Below are positions 1 through 11,102 of a DNA stretch of 64,000 bases, piece after piece. Position numbers and translations under genes: made by a program. Source of the stretch: Podarcis tiliguerta (lineage: Eukaryota); assembly GCA_965153285.1 (NCBI GenBank), contig OZ229117.1. One strand, given 5' to 3'. The notes below the pieces were generated by a model. That model did no database searches and had not been told where the DNA came from. It was given only the letters and a program-made list of their open reading frames with translations. The stretch's first letter is position 1. Each line of letters opens with the position of its first letter.

Positions 1-9
1 GCACAATAC

Positions 10-206
10 CTTGGCGCAAAAGATTTGCCTGATGCTCATGGTATGCATCTTCCATTTCACTTTCCAGTTTGTCCTTGGCATCTTTCATGTTTTTCTCCAC
101 CTGATCTCTCTGTTGTTTCTCCATTTCATCCAAAGACTTCCATCGCTGAGAGTATTCATATTCGAAACTTCCAGGCTGTGCAAACCGTGGAGGAGTCTCT
201 CTCTCC
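10..206 (-). CDS. SFPQ: SFPQ exon 5 (NOPS/coiled coil); gene continues beyond window start
   Basis: [65 protein letters not shown]; AG/GT boundaries; 197 nt. Confidence 0.97.
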
Positions 207-1738
207 CTAGATACCAATTGAAAATCCAGTTAATAATGACAGTAGAGCTAATTTGCCAAAATGGTCAGCAGCAAGAAGAAATGAGAAATTCAGGACTAGT
301 GAAAATCCATATGGAAACTTAGAATTAGGACATAAAGGAATTTTTAGATTGGTATCACTATAGTTACTGAGAACCATTAATATATGATAGAAAAAAGGAC
401 TAGCTAAAAAAACTGCAGCGAGTTACTCTTCTGATTAGGACAAATGAACAGAAATATCGGATGGGAAAAGTACTGCAGAGAATTATCCACTTTTATAAAG
501 GTGCTGTTTCATAAAATAAAATTAAAGACAAAAACATGTCTAATAAGCCACTGAACTAGATAAGTGGAATCTAAAGTAACATGTTGGATGTCTTTCTTGT
601 CTCCGAACAAGGCCACACTAATTTCTGTTTCCTTTTCTAATAAATCCAGTATCCTGTAGTTACTGAGTTCTGTTCTCATTAGGATGCTGGGGGTTGCAAT
701 TGATTTTTTAAACTTCTGCAAACCTTGGGGTGCCCTTCAGCATACTGACTGATACCTCTCTCGTTTTTCAGTGGTTCTGATTTGGGCTCTAATCCTGTCA
801 GCATTAAATCACGTATTTAAAATTCAAGGTATACGCAATACTAGCCAAATGTAAAATGTTTCAAATTGCTATCCCAAAGCAGCAGAATTTATGTTGTGCT
901 AGCAGGTTTATTGCCCTTTCCCTCTTAACCTTAATGGAAGGCAGGGGTGGGAAACCCATGTCCCATGGACAAACACTGCTGACTTCAGCCGATGTATGGC
1001 AAGACAGGGTAAAATTCTGAATTGCGCTGCTTAAGTATTTCGCCAGCCATAGGCTATATATCTGCACAGAAAGCCAAAGCAAGTATGTAAACTGCAGGCT
1101 TCTTTCTTGTGCTTCCCACAGGAGGGAACTGCAGAAACAAAAAACCCCCAAACTTTTTATTGTCTTCATTCCCCCTTCAGCTGCTGCTGCTCGCTCCTCC
1201 TGCAGCACTGGGCAGGTGGTAAGAAAGAGGCTTTGATGGGTGGCTAAGACAACCCGCCTGTCAATCATGTTGTGTGACATCATGTGATTGACAGGTCTGA
1301 AATCCAACAAACCTGTCAAATTTGGTGTGCAGGATTGATTGTGACAAGGACTTGGCCCACAGAGTCTCAGAATTTCCCAATTCTGGAGTAAAGTATGCTA
1401 TTGAATTCCCATGTCTTGGAGTAATCCCACATAAAGTTTTAATTTCAGCAGCACACTAATTGCATTTTACTGAATTTCGGCCAATATATGTCACTTCAAC
1501 TACTTTTAGCTATTAACAAAACTTTTCAGATACATCATGTAATATGATGTGCATTTAGTAAGCAAAATTAACAATCAAATGAATATGTCAAATCTCTATC
1601 CATTTAGCTTAATGGGAAATTTCTCAAAGCTTTTTAGGTTCAGAAAACACACATCACTGAGAAGGCATGACTGACAGACCCCCAAATAACCAGAGTTTTT
1701 TAGAAATCTATGGTAAAATCAATGGTAAATGTGCTTAC

Positions 1739-1834
1739 TTTTGATACATTGGATTTTTCTGAGCCAGCTTTTCTGGAAGACCATCTTCATCATCCAACTG
1801 TTCAAGGGGCTCCACAATAACAGGTCTTGGAGTA
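1739..1834 (-). CDS. SFPQ: SFPQ exon 4 (RRM2 end/NOPS)
   Basis: [32 protein letters not shown]; 96 nt; phases match neighbouring exons. Confidence 0.97.
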
Positions 1835-1945
1835 CTAAAAGAGCAAAAGACACTTTAAATCGTTGCTGGAAATTTCAAGTTGCATGTAATGGATTAAAAA
1901 ATACCATAACCACACAAATTCCAATCAATTATTACATTTACTCAC

Positions 1946-2247
1946 GTTGTCAAAAGAAAGACACCTTCAGAGCAACGTTCAAATGCTTTCCGAGCTGCTG
2001 GCTTAGATGCAAATTCAACAATGCCCTTTCCTGTTGATCTGCCACGATCATCTACAATCACAATAGCTCTTTCGATTGGGCCAAACTGAGAAAATGCTTC
2101 CTCCAGCAATTCATTGGATACATATGGGGAGAGATTACGCACAGAAAGAGCAGCAGCGTGGGTGGCAAAACGCACACGAAGCTGCCGTCCTCTCATGGGA
2201 GTATCATCAAGTTCAGCCTTTGCAATTTCAGCCAGAGCTCGGGATTC
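1946..2247 (-). CDS. SFPQ: SFPQ exon 3 (RRM1 end, RRM2)
   Basis: [15 protein letters not shown]...GVFLLT; AG/GT boundaries; 302 nt. Confidence 0.98.
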
Positions 2248-2369
2248 CTGTGAATAGATTAACAAAAATGTTACGTCTTTTAAATTCTTAACCTTCAAAC
2301 TATGCAGAACGTTAAGCAATAATATATTATGTATAACACATATGAAAAATTTATAGAAATGACACTCAC

Positions 2370-2558
2370 CAGTTTAATAAAGCCAAAGCCTTTTCCTTTA
2401 TTGATAAAGACTTCACCAGGTTCACCATATTTCGAAAATAACCTCTTAAATTCCTCCTCCGTTATATCAGCAGGCAAGTTCCCAACAAAGAGACGACAGC
2501 GCTGTGTGTAGGTCTTCTCTCCAGGCCGTCTCAGAAGCGACAAATTGGCTTTAAAGCC
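2370..2558 (-). CDS. SFPQ: SFPQ exon 2 (RRM1 start)
   Basis: [41 protein letters not shown]...GFGFIKL; AG/GT boundaries; 189 nt. Confidence 0.98.
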
Positions 2559-4675
2559 CTAAAAATACAATTAATGACACACTTTATTTACTAAGCTTAC
2601 AGGAACTGCTAACCATGCAACTCTGCAAATATTATGCTAAATATGAACCTACTCCCGAGAATAACGGCAGCTAATCTGTCTCACCCTCCAGATTTTGCTA
2701 AACTATAACCTCCTATTGCTTACATTTAAAGCTTAAGAAACCACTTTTCAACAAATGTTTTAGTTGCGTTGTACATCAAAAATATCAAAAAACATACATA
2801 GCAAATATCTATAACTACATATAAAAAAATCATCCCTGACTATATTGGCCATAGTAGGTGGGGCTGATAGGAAGTGCAGGGTTCAGTAACATCAGGGTAT
2901 GTGTGTTCCTGATTCCCCATGTCTGCTCTAAAAGACAATCAAGTTACTTTTAACACCTTCCCTTTCTTATGTACATTTACAGAACTGCACACTTCCAGTG
3001 CCTTGCTACATGCATGTCAAAATTCCAGACCAGCACACCGATCTGTAATAATCAGTTCTACCGTACTCTTCTGCCCTACCCCAAGCTATCACCTTGCTTA
3101 CATAACCAATGGTTGCAATTTTTTAATAAACAAGGTTTCCTCTTAGACGGAAAAAAAACCCCTACCAAGCAGCTTTACAGCCACTTGGTTAGTCATTTTC
3201 CATTCCCATTCAACTAGGCTTCACAATCAATCAGTGTACATGTTACTCAATAACTCCTATTCCAGTATGTCCGTTTTTTTGGAAAGGAAATATATTCTAA
3301 TTGATGCCTGCCACAATGCTGTCTTTTTATGACAACTGCAATTTCCAAAGTACTTCAAAGTTTTCCACCCGTCATACCAAATTCTTACCAAAATATGCTC
3401 CTCTAGACCGAATAACTTTTTCCAAATTAGAATCATGACAAAAAGTATTTGTCAAAAAGAGCATTAATTTCCTTATTGAACACTATCCCTACTAAGCATA
3501 CGATCTGTACACTCACTAGAATTATCACTGAACATAAATTGGAGTTTTATCAGTGGCATAGCGTGCTACAGTCAATGCTTACATTTCACAGTCATACTAT
3601 GCTGCATTCTGTGGTATAATCCTGCTTTGGAAACTAGCTTTATCCCTTTACGGCCACTGTAGCTCATCAAACCCAGCCTATCCCCAAGTCTGTGAATACA
3701 GCGCCTCCAAAACAGGAACAGGCACTTAAGCTCCAGTCCATTCAAATGTCATTTACTGAAATAATCCTGTTAATACCATTCTTCAGAGCTCACCAATACA
3801 TGGCTAGAATAAATACCTACACACAAGTACAGAAAGACTTCTATGACAAGCCAAATTCCTGCCTTTTCTACAGCAGCCTCAGTACAGCCAGCCCCTCATC
3901 TGGAGCAAAACTCCTCTCAACAAAAAGCATTCCAGACTACTGTAGGGCTAAACTGCCTACATTTCTCAAGAACTAGTAAGAGCATATCAGCAACCATAAT
4001 GCAAGCTCTCCTTTGCTCTTTACTCACACACCCATCACACTTCTACACAGCCTTTGGGACGTTAATGATTTCCCACTCCACTCAACAGTGTTTTCCCTGT
4101 CAAACTGCAATAGGCACAATGGGTATTCGCCTATCTCAAAAAACAAATCATTTCATTTGTTAAGTATATTGTAGCGCTAAATGCCTGTCCTCTCTCACCC
4201 CCATCTTAAGATCCGTAAACTACTTCCAGTCACTTTATTTTCATTGTTAACAGCTTTAAAGCGCCACCTTTAAAGAGCAAGATTTCCCATTGCTGTTGCT
4301 ACGACAGAATGCATAATCTGGAATAAGAATTTGGGGGCAGAGTAAACTTCGGGACAAGATGTGAATAACGGTGGACATATTTTTTTAAAAACCAAGATAC
4401 CACAAGATTTAAGTTGAGTGAGTTTTACCTATTCAATCCCACCACTGACGACTCCACCCCTTTCAGCGACTCATGGCCACGCCCACTCCCCCGAAGCAAA
4501 CGCGCGGAGCCTCTCCGAACACCACTACCTCTTGCACATGCGCTCCTCAAGCAATCAAAATGGCGCCGAGGAACGCCGCACAGGGCGAGGAGAGAATAGC
4601 GAGCCGTATGAGCCGCCATCTTGTCCCGAATGCCTGTCATGACAGGGCTTGTTAAGGGCCCACAAATCTACCCAC

Positions 4676-5386
4676 CTCCGCATCCGACATTTTCTCCCCG
4701 CCGGCACCCTGCTGTTGCTGCTGCTGCGAGTGCTGGTGCTGCTGCTGCGAAGGGTGCTGGTGCTGGTGTTGATGCTGGCCTTGTCCCCCGCGCCTCTCGC
4801 CGCCGCCGCGGTGCTGTCCGGGCCCTCCGCCCTTGGGGCCTCCTCCTTGTTGGGGGCCTCCCGGCCCGCCCTTTAAGCCACTTTGTCCCCCGCCGCCTCC
4901 GGAGGACTGACCGGGACCCTTTTTAGGGCCCCCCTGGACCGGACTTTGGCTGGGGGGCGCAGACGGCTGCTGAGACGGCGGCTGATCCCCACCTCGGCCG
5001 CCGCTCTGGAGCCCCGCGGAGGCAGCCGGAGCGGAGGTCGAGTTTGGAGTGGGGGCGGAGGAAGAGACCGGAGGCGCTTGGCCGACCTGGTTCTGGGTGG
5101 GCCCCACGGAAGGCGTCACGGCTGCTGGGCTGGAGGAAACGGAGACGGAGGCCGCGGAGGAAGGCGGAGTGGAGGCCGAGCTGGGTGGCTTGGCAGGCTC
5201 CGGCTTCGGGGGGCCTCCAAGGCCACCGCCAATGTGGTGGTGGCCCCCGCGGGACTGGCCTATCCCGCCTGCCATGCCCGGCGGCGGCGAACGGAAGTCG
5301 TGGTTCCCCGGGAGGCCGCCTCGGCCTCCGCCGCCTCCGCGCCGATGGAAGCCGCCTCCACGGCTACGGAAACGGTCTCTCGACAT
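4676..5386 (-). CDS. SFPQ: SFPQ coding exon 1 (RGG, Pro/Gly/Gln-rich N-terminal low-complexity region)
   Basis: Starts MSRDRFRSRGGGFHRRGG (SFPQ N-terminus); ATG at 5386; ends EKMSDAE followed by donor GTGGGT; 711 nt, phase 0. Confidence 0.96.
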
Positions 5387-5850
5387 GGCAAAAATGGTGG
5401 CGGTTGGGGTGGTACCGTACAGCGACACGACTCTTTTCTCCTCCTCGGAGTCCGACCAAGATCAAAATGGCAGCAGGCGCTGAGGTAAAAACGGCCTCGC
5501 TGCCGCCTTTGTCCCACCTTTATATAGCCTCGCAGTACAAGCGCAAACTCCGCCTCTCTTTCTCCCCTCCACGGCCAATCCAATAAACAATCGCCCTGGT
5601 CGGATTGATGGGGACATTAACCAATCAGTTTGTCAAGTTGTTTCCCTCTCTGGAAAAAAGGGCGGAGGGAAAATCCGCTTCTCCCTCTATGCAACTCACT
5701 AAACCAATAGTGAGGCGCGATACAAGAAAGATTGACAGGGAAATTATACAATAGGCATTTGAGTTGGTAGATAGAAGGCGGGCAACGTCCGTTAACTTCT
5801 CTCTGCTTTGATTGGGTCGTTTGATCAGCAGAAGGCGTGGCTTACTAATA
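5387..5850 (-). promoter_or_regulatory. SFPQ: SFPQ 5'UTR and CpG-island promoter
   Basis: TATATAAA on minus strand (5519-5526); several CCAAT/ATTGG boxes (~5575, 5580, 5621, 5704, 5811); GC boxes; YY1-like AAAATGGC ~5464. Confidence 0.8.
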
Positions 5851-8544
5851 TATGTAACTAATAGAGAGGTTCAGATTGTGCGCATACCAGAGAGCCTTGC
5901 TGCAGACTAGCTGGAGGCTATGGGTGCCACGTGGTTCGCTATGGGTTTAACCCAGTTTCATTATTGCGTGCATCGTATAATAAATAGCTGTGCAACTGTT
6001 ACCATTATATTCCTATAAATGCTGTGTTAACGTGGTCATGACAGTAATCTTAAAACTGCTATACAGTACTGTATAGCTAAAGTGGGTCCAGCACCAAACT
6101 GCTACCATGGTCCTTTTTCACTTGCCCTGCTGTTCCTGCTTTCAGTTCCCCACCGCATGCCAATCCATGTGTGCACAATTTAAGGTAATACCTCATGCAT
6201 GTGATGGAAAGTTTCTGCCATAATCAACTTAGGATGCAACAAGACTCATTTTTGCTTGAAACAAACTTACACAACAACCCTTCTGTATTTGGGTGAAAAA
6301 CGTACTGTATTTGTATGCGTCAAATTAAGGGAGCTAATAGCAAAAAAGACCAGAACAACCGTAAAAGAGCAAATTTTAGCATTTATCATAATTTCTAAAG
6401 TTAACCATTTCCTTTGCAGTTGCTTGCCTCTTTCACAAAATCATAATATCCAGAGTCCTTTGGGAAGGAAGGAAACTGACAAACCCATGCAAAAGTTTGT
6501 ATTGTAAGCCTGCTGTGAAATTACCAGGCCCCATTGCTCAAAAGTAAACCCCCAGCATGGTCACTACCAGAGATTTTTTTAAAGGGGGTACTCAATGGTA
6601 CGCAGTGCCAGCACCTCTTTTTTGTTGTTGTTAAAAATTGTGGCACTTACTGTAACAACTTCATGGTGAGTACCAGAACCTATTTTTCTAGAAAAAAAAA
6701 CACTGGTCGCTACCAATTACTAAGCATCCTCAAAACGATTGTGAGTTCTGACCCTGTACTAGTGGGAATTTTGACCTTAAGCCAGAGGCATTTCCCCCTC
6801 TTGATTGCCAGTTTGACATTATAGTGGTGCTAGCAGTCAGCAGAATGAGTCTGATGGTGATGGCCGCGCTTAAACAAAATGGACGGTCCTTTTCAGAGGT
6901 GAGGCTGCATAAGCCAAGGACAGAAAATGTTCCTACCACTAGGTGTCTCAGAGCACAGCCGCAGGAGGCGATGGTCAGCTATTCCCCGTTCTGGGGCGGG
7001 GAAAGCAGTTTGTAAATGCTCCTTACAACAGTTATTGGTTTTCTTGCAACAGTTATTTATTTCAATATTGACCCATCTGCCCTTCTAATACTTACACATT
7101 AAAGTGGGCAGCTTGCAGCAAATTAAAATCAAGGTGTTGCAAAACAACATTGGTACAATACAAAAGGAAGCAGGCCTTACATATTAAAGACAACTCTTCA
7201 TTATTATTTACCCTGCAATAATTAAACTTTACTAACTGCCAGAAGACAGTAAGAAGGGGGGGGGACTTTTTAATTATCCTGAGCGGTTCCTATTTGCCAG
7301 TGGTTCCTACCTCGTAAATGTAAATGCTGGAAGATTCATCATGGATTATACCACTTTGGAAACCTGGTTTCTTTTTAAAACTATTGATGCAATGTATAAT
7401 AGTCAGATTAAATGCTGCTGAGATGGATAAAAGTGGGATTGCTCTCATCCATTAAGTCTACTATTTATTCACTGGCAGACTCAATGACAGAGTCATTCCT
7501 GGCTAGCATAGTTCCAGACTTCATTTTTGTCACTGAAAAATGAATTGTAGTAAAGAATTACAAGGCAATTCAGAATTAAACTGTCGTACAATGCAGCCCC
7601 CCTTCCTTTCCCCCTGCTTTGTTTTCTCTCATCCTATTCTCTCTAACCTAAAGACAATGGCCACAATACCAGAAGTGAGTATCATGAGTGCTGGTGGGGA
7701 TTTATTTCCACCAGTTATGGAACTGCATTTGTGGTAACAAGGAGCCAGACTTTTTCACGTGTTGTGGACTGCTCTCCCTGCTGAACTATGGGACTCCCCA
7801 TCAATACAGGCATTCTGCCAGCTCTTGAAGACACACATGTTTAGACAAGAATTTTCTAGATTCCCTGACTTGAATCCATTGCTTTGATGGCTGTTTTATC
7901 TTACACCGTTTTAACAAGCTTGTTTATTATATATTTTATATATTGCCCCTTACATGCCCATTAGTTACTGTGTCTTGCAGGAGAGTATTTCTTTCTGTTA
8001 AGTCCCTAAAAATATCAGAAAACCAACACTCCACAGCAGGTCAGAGCAGAGCTTCCAGTGTGGCTGCCCTTGTTTTATGGAACAAATACAACAGGCACCC
8101 AACTGTTTGTAGTTTCCAGCAGAATTCAAAAACATTTTTGTCTCAACAGGTTTTTTTTAAGGTCTCAGCTTTGGGTGCTTATTTGCATTATTTTAAAAAA
8201 GAAAGCCTTAGATTTAGCTGCTTTTTGTATTTTCAAAAGATTTAGTTTTTATTAATAGATTGTAAATTGCAGTGATACTTTTGTGAAGAGAGACTCATCA
8301 GATCAGTAACAGTTCAGTTACTGAGTCCTGTCTGGGTTTATTAAAATCAGACATCCAAAGGGGAATGGGGTCCATCACACCTTTCCCCAGTAGGGCTCCA
8401 TGTCCCATTTGCTGCTTCCCAGCCTTATGTCCTTAGGAGAGTTATTAGAAAAAACTGCTCCCTTTCCCTTATGGGGTATTCCAGAGCCCGTAGAGGCCTT
8501 GAGGGTTCCCATGGCTGTAGTGAAATTTGTTTGTGTGTGAGGGG

Positions 8545-8850
8545 GTGGATTTTTGGATCAAGTTAGCCATATTGATTCAAATGCTGCTCCTGGATTATTG
8601 TTGTCTTGTTGGGCTATGTATGTGATAAAGGGAAACCATACCAGAATTAAGGCATCTTCTTCTATTTGTCCCTGTGTCAGTTTCAGTTTATTGTTTAGCT
8701 TTTCTAGTAAGGCTGTTTCCCATACTACTAGATACCATTGGTCCATGTTTACTCCTGACAGGTCTCTCCAGTGTCTGGCTATGATGCTTCTGGCTGCTGA
8801 GAGTAGATGGGTTAGAAGCTCTCTATGATGTGAGTGGGCATTATTATATA
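8545..8850 (-). mobile_element. L1-type LINE ORF2 C-terminal fragment
   Basis: ELLTHLLSAARSIIARHWR...W..VWETALLEKL...WFPFITY, typical of non-mammalian L1 C-termini. Confidence 0.7.
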
Positions 8851-8853
8851 TAT

Positions 8854-9212
8854 GGGACGCGGGTGGCAGTGTGGGTAAAACCTCAGTGCCTAGGACTTGC
8901 CGATTGTATGGTCGGCGGTTCGAATCCCCGCGGCGGGGTGAGCTCCCGTTGTTCGGTCCCAGCTCCTGCCCACCTAGCAGTTCAGAAGCACCCCTAAGTG
9001 CAAGTAGATAAATAGGTACTGCTTTATAGCAGGAAGGTAAACGGCGTTTCTGTGTGCTGCACTGGCTCGCCAGAGCAGCTTCGTTACGCTGGCCACGTAA
9101 CCCGGAAGTGTCTTCGGACAGCGCTGGCTCCCAGCCTCTTAAGCGAAATGAGCGCGCAACCCTAGAGTCGGTCACGACTGGCTCGTACGGGCAGGGGTAC
9201 CTTTACCTTTAC
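8854..9212 (+). mobile_element. Sauria SINE (Squam1-like), near full length
   Basis: tRNA-like head GGGACGCGGGTGGC...GGTTCGAATCCC, core GTAGATAAATAGGTAC, (ACCTTT)n tail; flanked by TA repeats. Confidence 0.85.
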
Positions 9213-9723
9213 ATATATATATATATATGATTTCTTAGTTTACAAAAATATGTGCATTGTCTCTTTTTTCAAGTTGCGTTTTCTTCTGGAGTGACTTCTA
9301 ATACCTGTTTAGCTATTTTGCAAAGACATGGGGCTTCTGTAGAAAATGCCCTCCCCCTTTGAACCCTCCAGCCTGACTGCTCTTGAAAGTGGGAACATCA
9401 GGAGGATCTCTGTTGTCAATCCTAAAGTACAGGAAGATTTATATGGGTGAAAGCAATACTTTGAATAACTTTAAAGCTGAGGTCGTGAACCAACGGCCCT
9501 TGAGATTATGGGCCCCTCCAGAGTGGTGATGTCTGTCTGCTCTTTTGTTTACCGTGAACTGTTGTTTGTGCTGCAGTTAATAATAATAATCATACCTTTA
9601 TTGTCAATATTGTTAATATTTTAAATGTTCTCCAGAAGGCTGTTGCAGTGACATTTCTGAGGTAGTCCCTTGCAAGGCAAAAGAGAATTGGAAGTAATCA
9701 CCAAACCACTTCGGGAAAAGCAA

Positions 9724-10848
9724 TAATAGAATTGTAGAGTTGAAAGGGACCCAAGGATCATCTAGTCCAGGGGTGTCAAACTCAAATTCACCGGGGGCCG
9801 CATCAGCAGTTTGGTCACCCTCAAAGGGCTGGTTCGAGTTCGAGTGTCTTCAAAGCCCATGACACCTTTAACAGCTGGATTAAGTAATGCAAAGCTTCTG
9901 GCTCATGGAACACTACACCTTGATTTCATTTGAATACATATATGAACATAAAAATTGTTTCCTGCTTGGCTTGGTGTTTAAGTTACACAAGATGTGCAGG
10001 TTTTAATTTTTCTCATTCCCCAATTTTTAATCGAGCATTTGTTTGGATTTCCCCCCCTTTGCTACCTACCCTAAACCTTTGAGGAGGGTGGGAACTGATG
10101 GCCGGACCCTGTAATAACATTGAGGGAAAAATTGCATGATGTGTAAATACCCTAAAAAATAAACCAATTCCTTATCAGCTTTCCCCCCATATATAAATTT
10201 TTGCAACGCACACCCTGCGGAAGCCGCGCCTGACGTTATTTACAAAACATGCACTTGCGTATCGAATTTGCTTTTGAATCACGAATCCCCAGAGGCGGAG
10301 GATGCTGTTCATTGGGCAGCGCGGAAACGCGCCTAAAGAAATAAATAAAGAAAAGCAAAGCAAAAGCACGCCGCCCCGAGTATTCACAGGGCGCGCTCCC
10401 GAAACACAAGCGCGCTCTCGGTCTCCCTCTCTCCAACGCACGCGAAGCCGGCTCTGCCCTTCTCCGCGTTCCACCTCGCGCAGGCGCGCTGCACTCCCGC
10501 CAGGACTTATTTCACCCCGGCGAGCCCGAAAAGAAGTTGCGAGCAGCAGCAGCGGCCTCCCATATCCAACCCCGCCCTCGCCGTGTCAAATAAGTCTCAG
10601 CTAGGTAGCTGGAGGAGGGGGAGGCCTGCGCCTGCCCCTGCGCAGAAGGGACCCGAGGCGCCCTGCGCGCGCACCGCAGCCCAAGCTTCCCTCACAGATA
10701 TATATATAGACCAGACTACACGGGCCACATGACGAGGTCTGGCGGGCCGGATTCGGCCCGCGGGCCTTGTGTTTGACACCCGTGATCTAGTCCAACCCCC
10801 TGCAATGCAGAAATCCTGGGTGGCCTCGAATCACCAACCTTCTGGCTA
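9724..10848 (-). mobile_element. tRNA/CR1-tail SINE (Squam2-like) interrupted by the hAT element
   Basis: Removing the hAT and one TSD rejoins a CR1-type 3' end (GGGGGTTGGACTAGATGATCC...CAACTCTACAATTCTAT on minus) preceded by a B-box-like GGTTGGTGATTCGAG. Confidence 0.6.
9768..10784. mobile_element. Non-autonomous hAT DNA transposon with CpG-rich interior
   Basis: TIRs CAGGGGTGTCAAAC / GTTTGACACCCGTG (13/14 match); perfect 8-bp TSD ATCTAGTC at 9760-9767 and 10785-10792. Confidence 0.9.
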
Positions 10849-10850
10849 TA

Positions 10851-11102
10851 CAATGGTACCTGTATGCTTCAGTGGTTACATATGCTTCAGGTTACATACG
10901 TTTCAGGTTACATACTCCGCTAACCCAGAAATAGTGCTTCAGGTTAAGAACTTTGCTTCAGGTTGAGAACAGAAATCGTGCTCCGGCGGCATAGCAGCAG
11001 CAGGAGGCCCCATTAGCTAAAGTGGTGCTTCAGGTTAAGAACAGTTTCAGGTTAAGAACAGACCTCCAGAATGAATTAAGTACTTAACCCGAGGTACCAC
11101 TG
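10851..11102 (+). mobile_element. Tc1/mariner (Tigger-like) MITE
   Basis: Ends CAATGGTACC / GAGGTACCACTG, TA on both sides, internal GCTTCAGGTTAAGAAC subrepeats. Confidence 0.85.

Noticed and set aside
3585-3670. Possible C/D snoRNA in SFPQ intron 1 (TGATGA on minus strand)
   Set aside because: No properly placed CTGA D box or terminal stem could be identified.
5387-5428. 14-aa N-terminal extension of SFPQ in the ORF track
   Set aside because: Begins at GTG, not ATG; the recognised protein starts at MSRDRF (5386).
4883-5586. Overlapping plus-strand ORFs of 144-201 aa
   Set aside because: Antisense shadows of the GC-rich SFPQ exon 1; no recognisable protein.
8558-9175. 205-aa minus-strand ORF as a novel gene
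   Set aside because: Chance read-through of an antisense Sauria SINE into an L1 C-terminal fragment.
10175-10604. ORFs inside the hAT interior as transposase or captured coding sequence
   Set aside because: Short, without ATG starts and without recognisable transposase or other domain motifs.
10851-11102. Recurring GCTTCAGGTTAAGAAC units resembling a CRISPR array
   Set aside because: Spacing is irregular, the units are bounded by TIRs and TA duplications, four dispersed copies exist, and the context is eukaryotic: a MITE.
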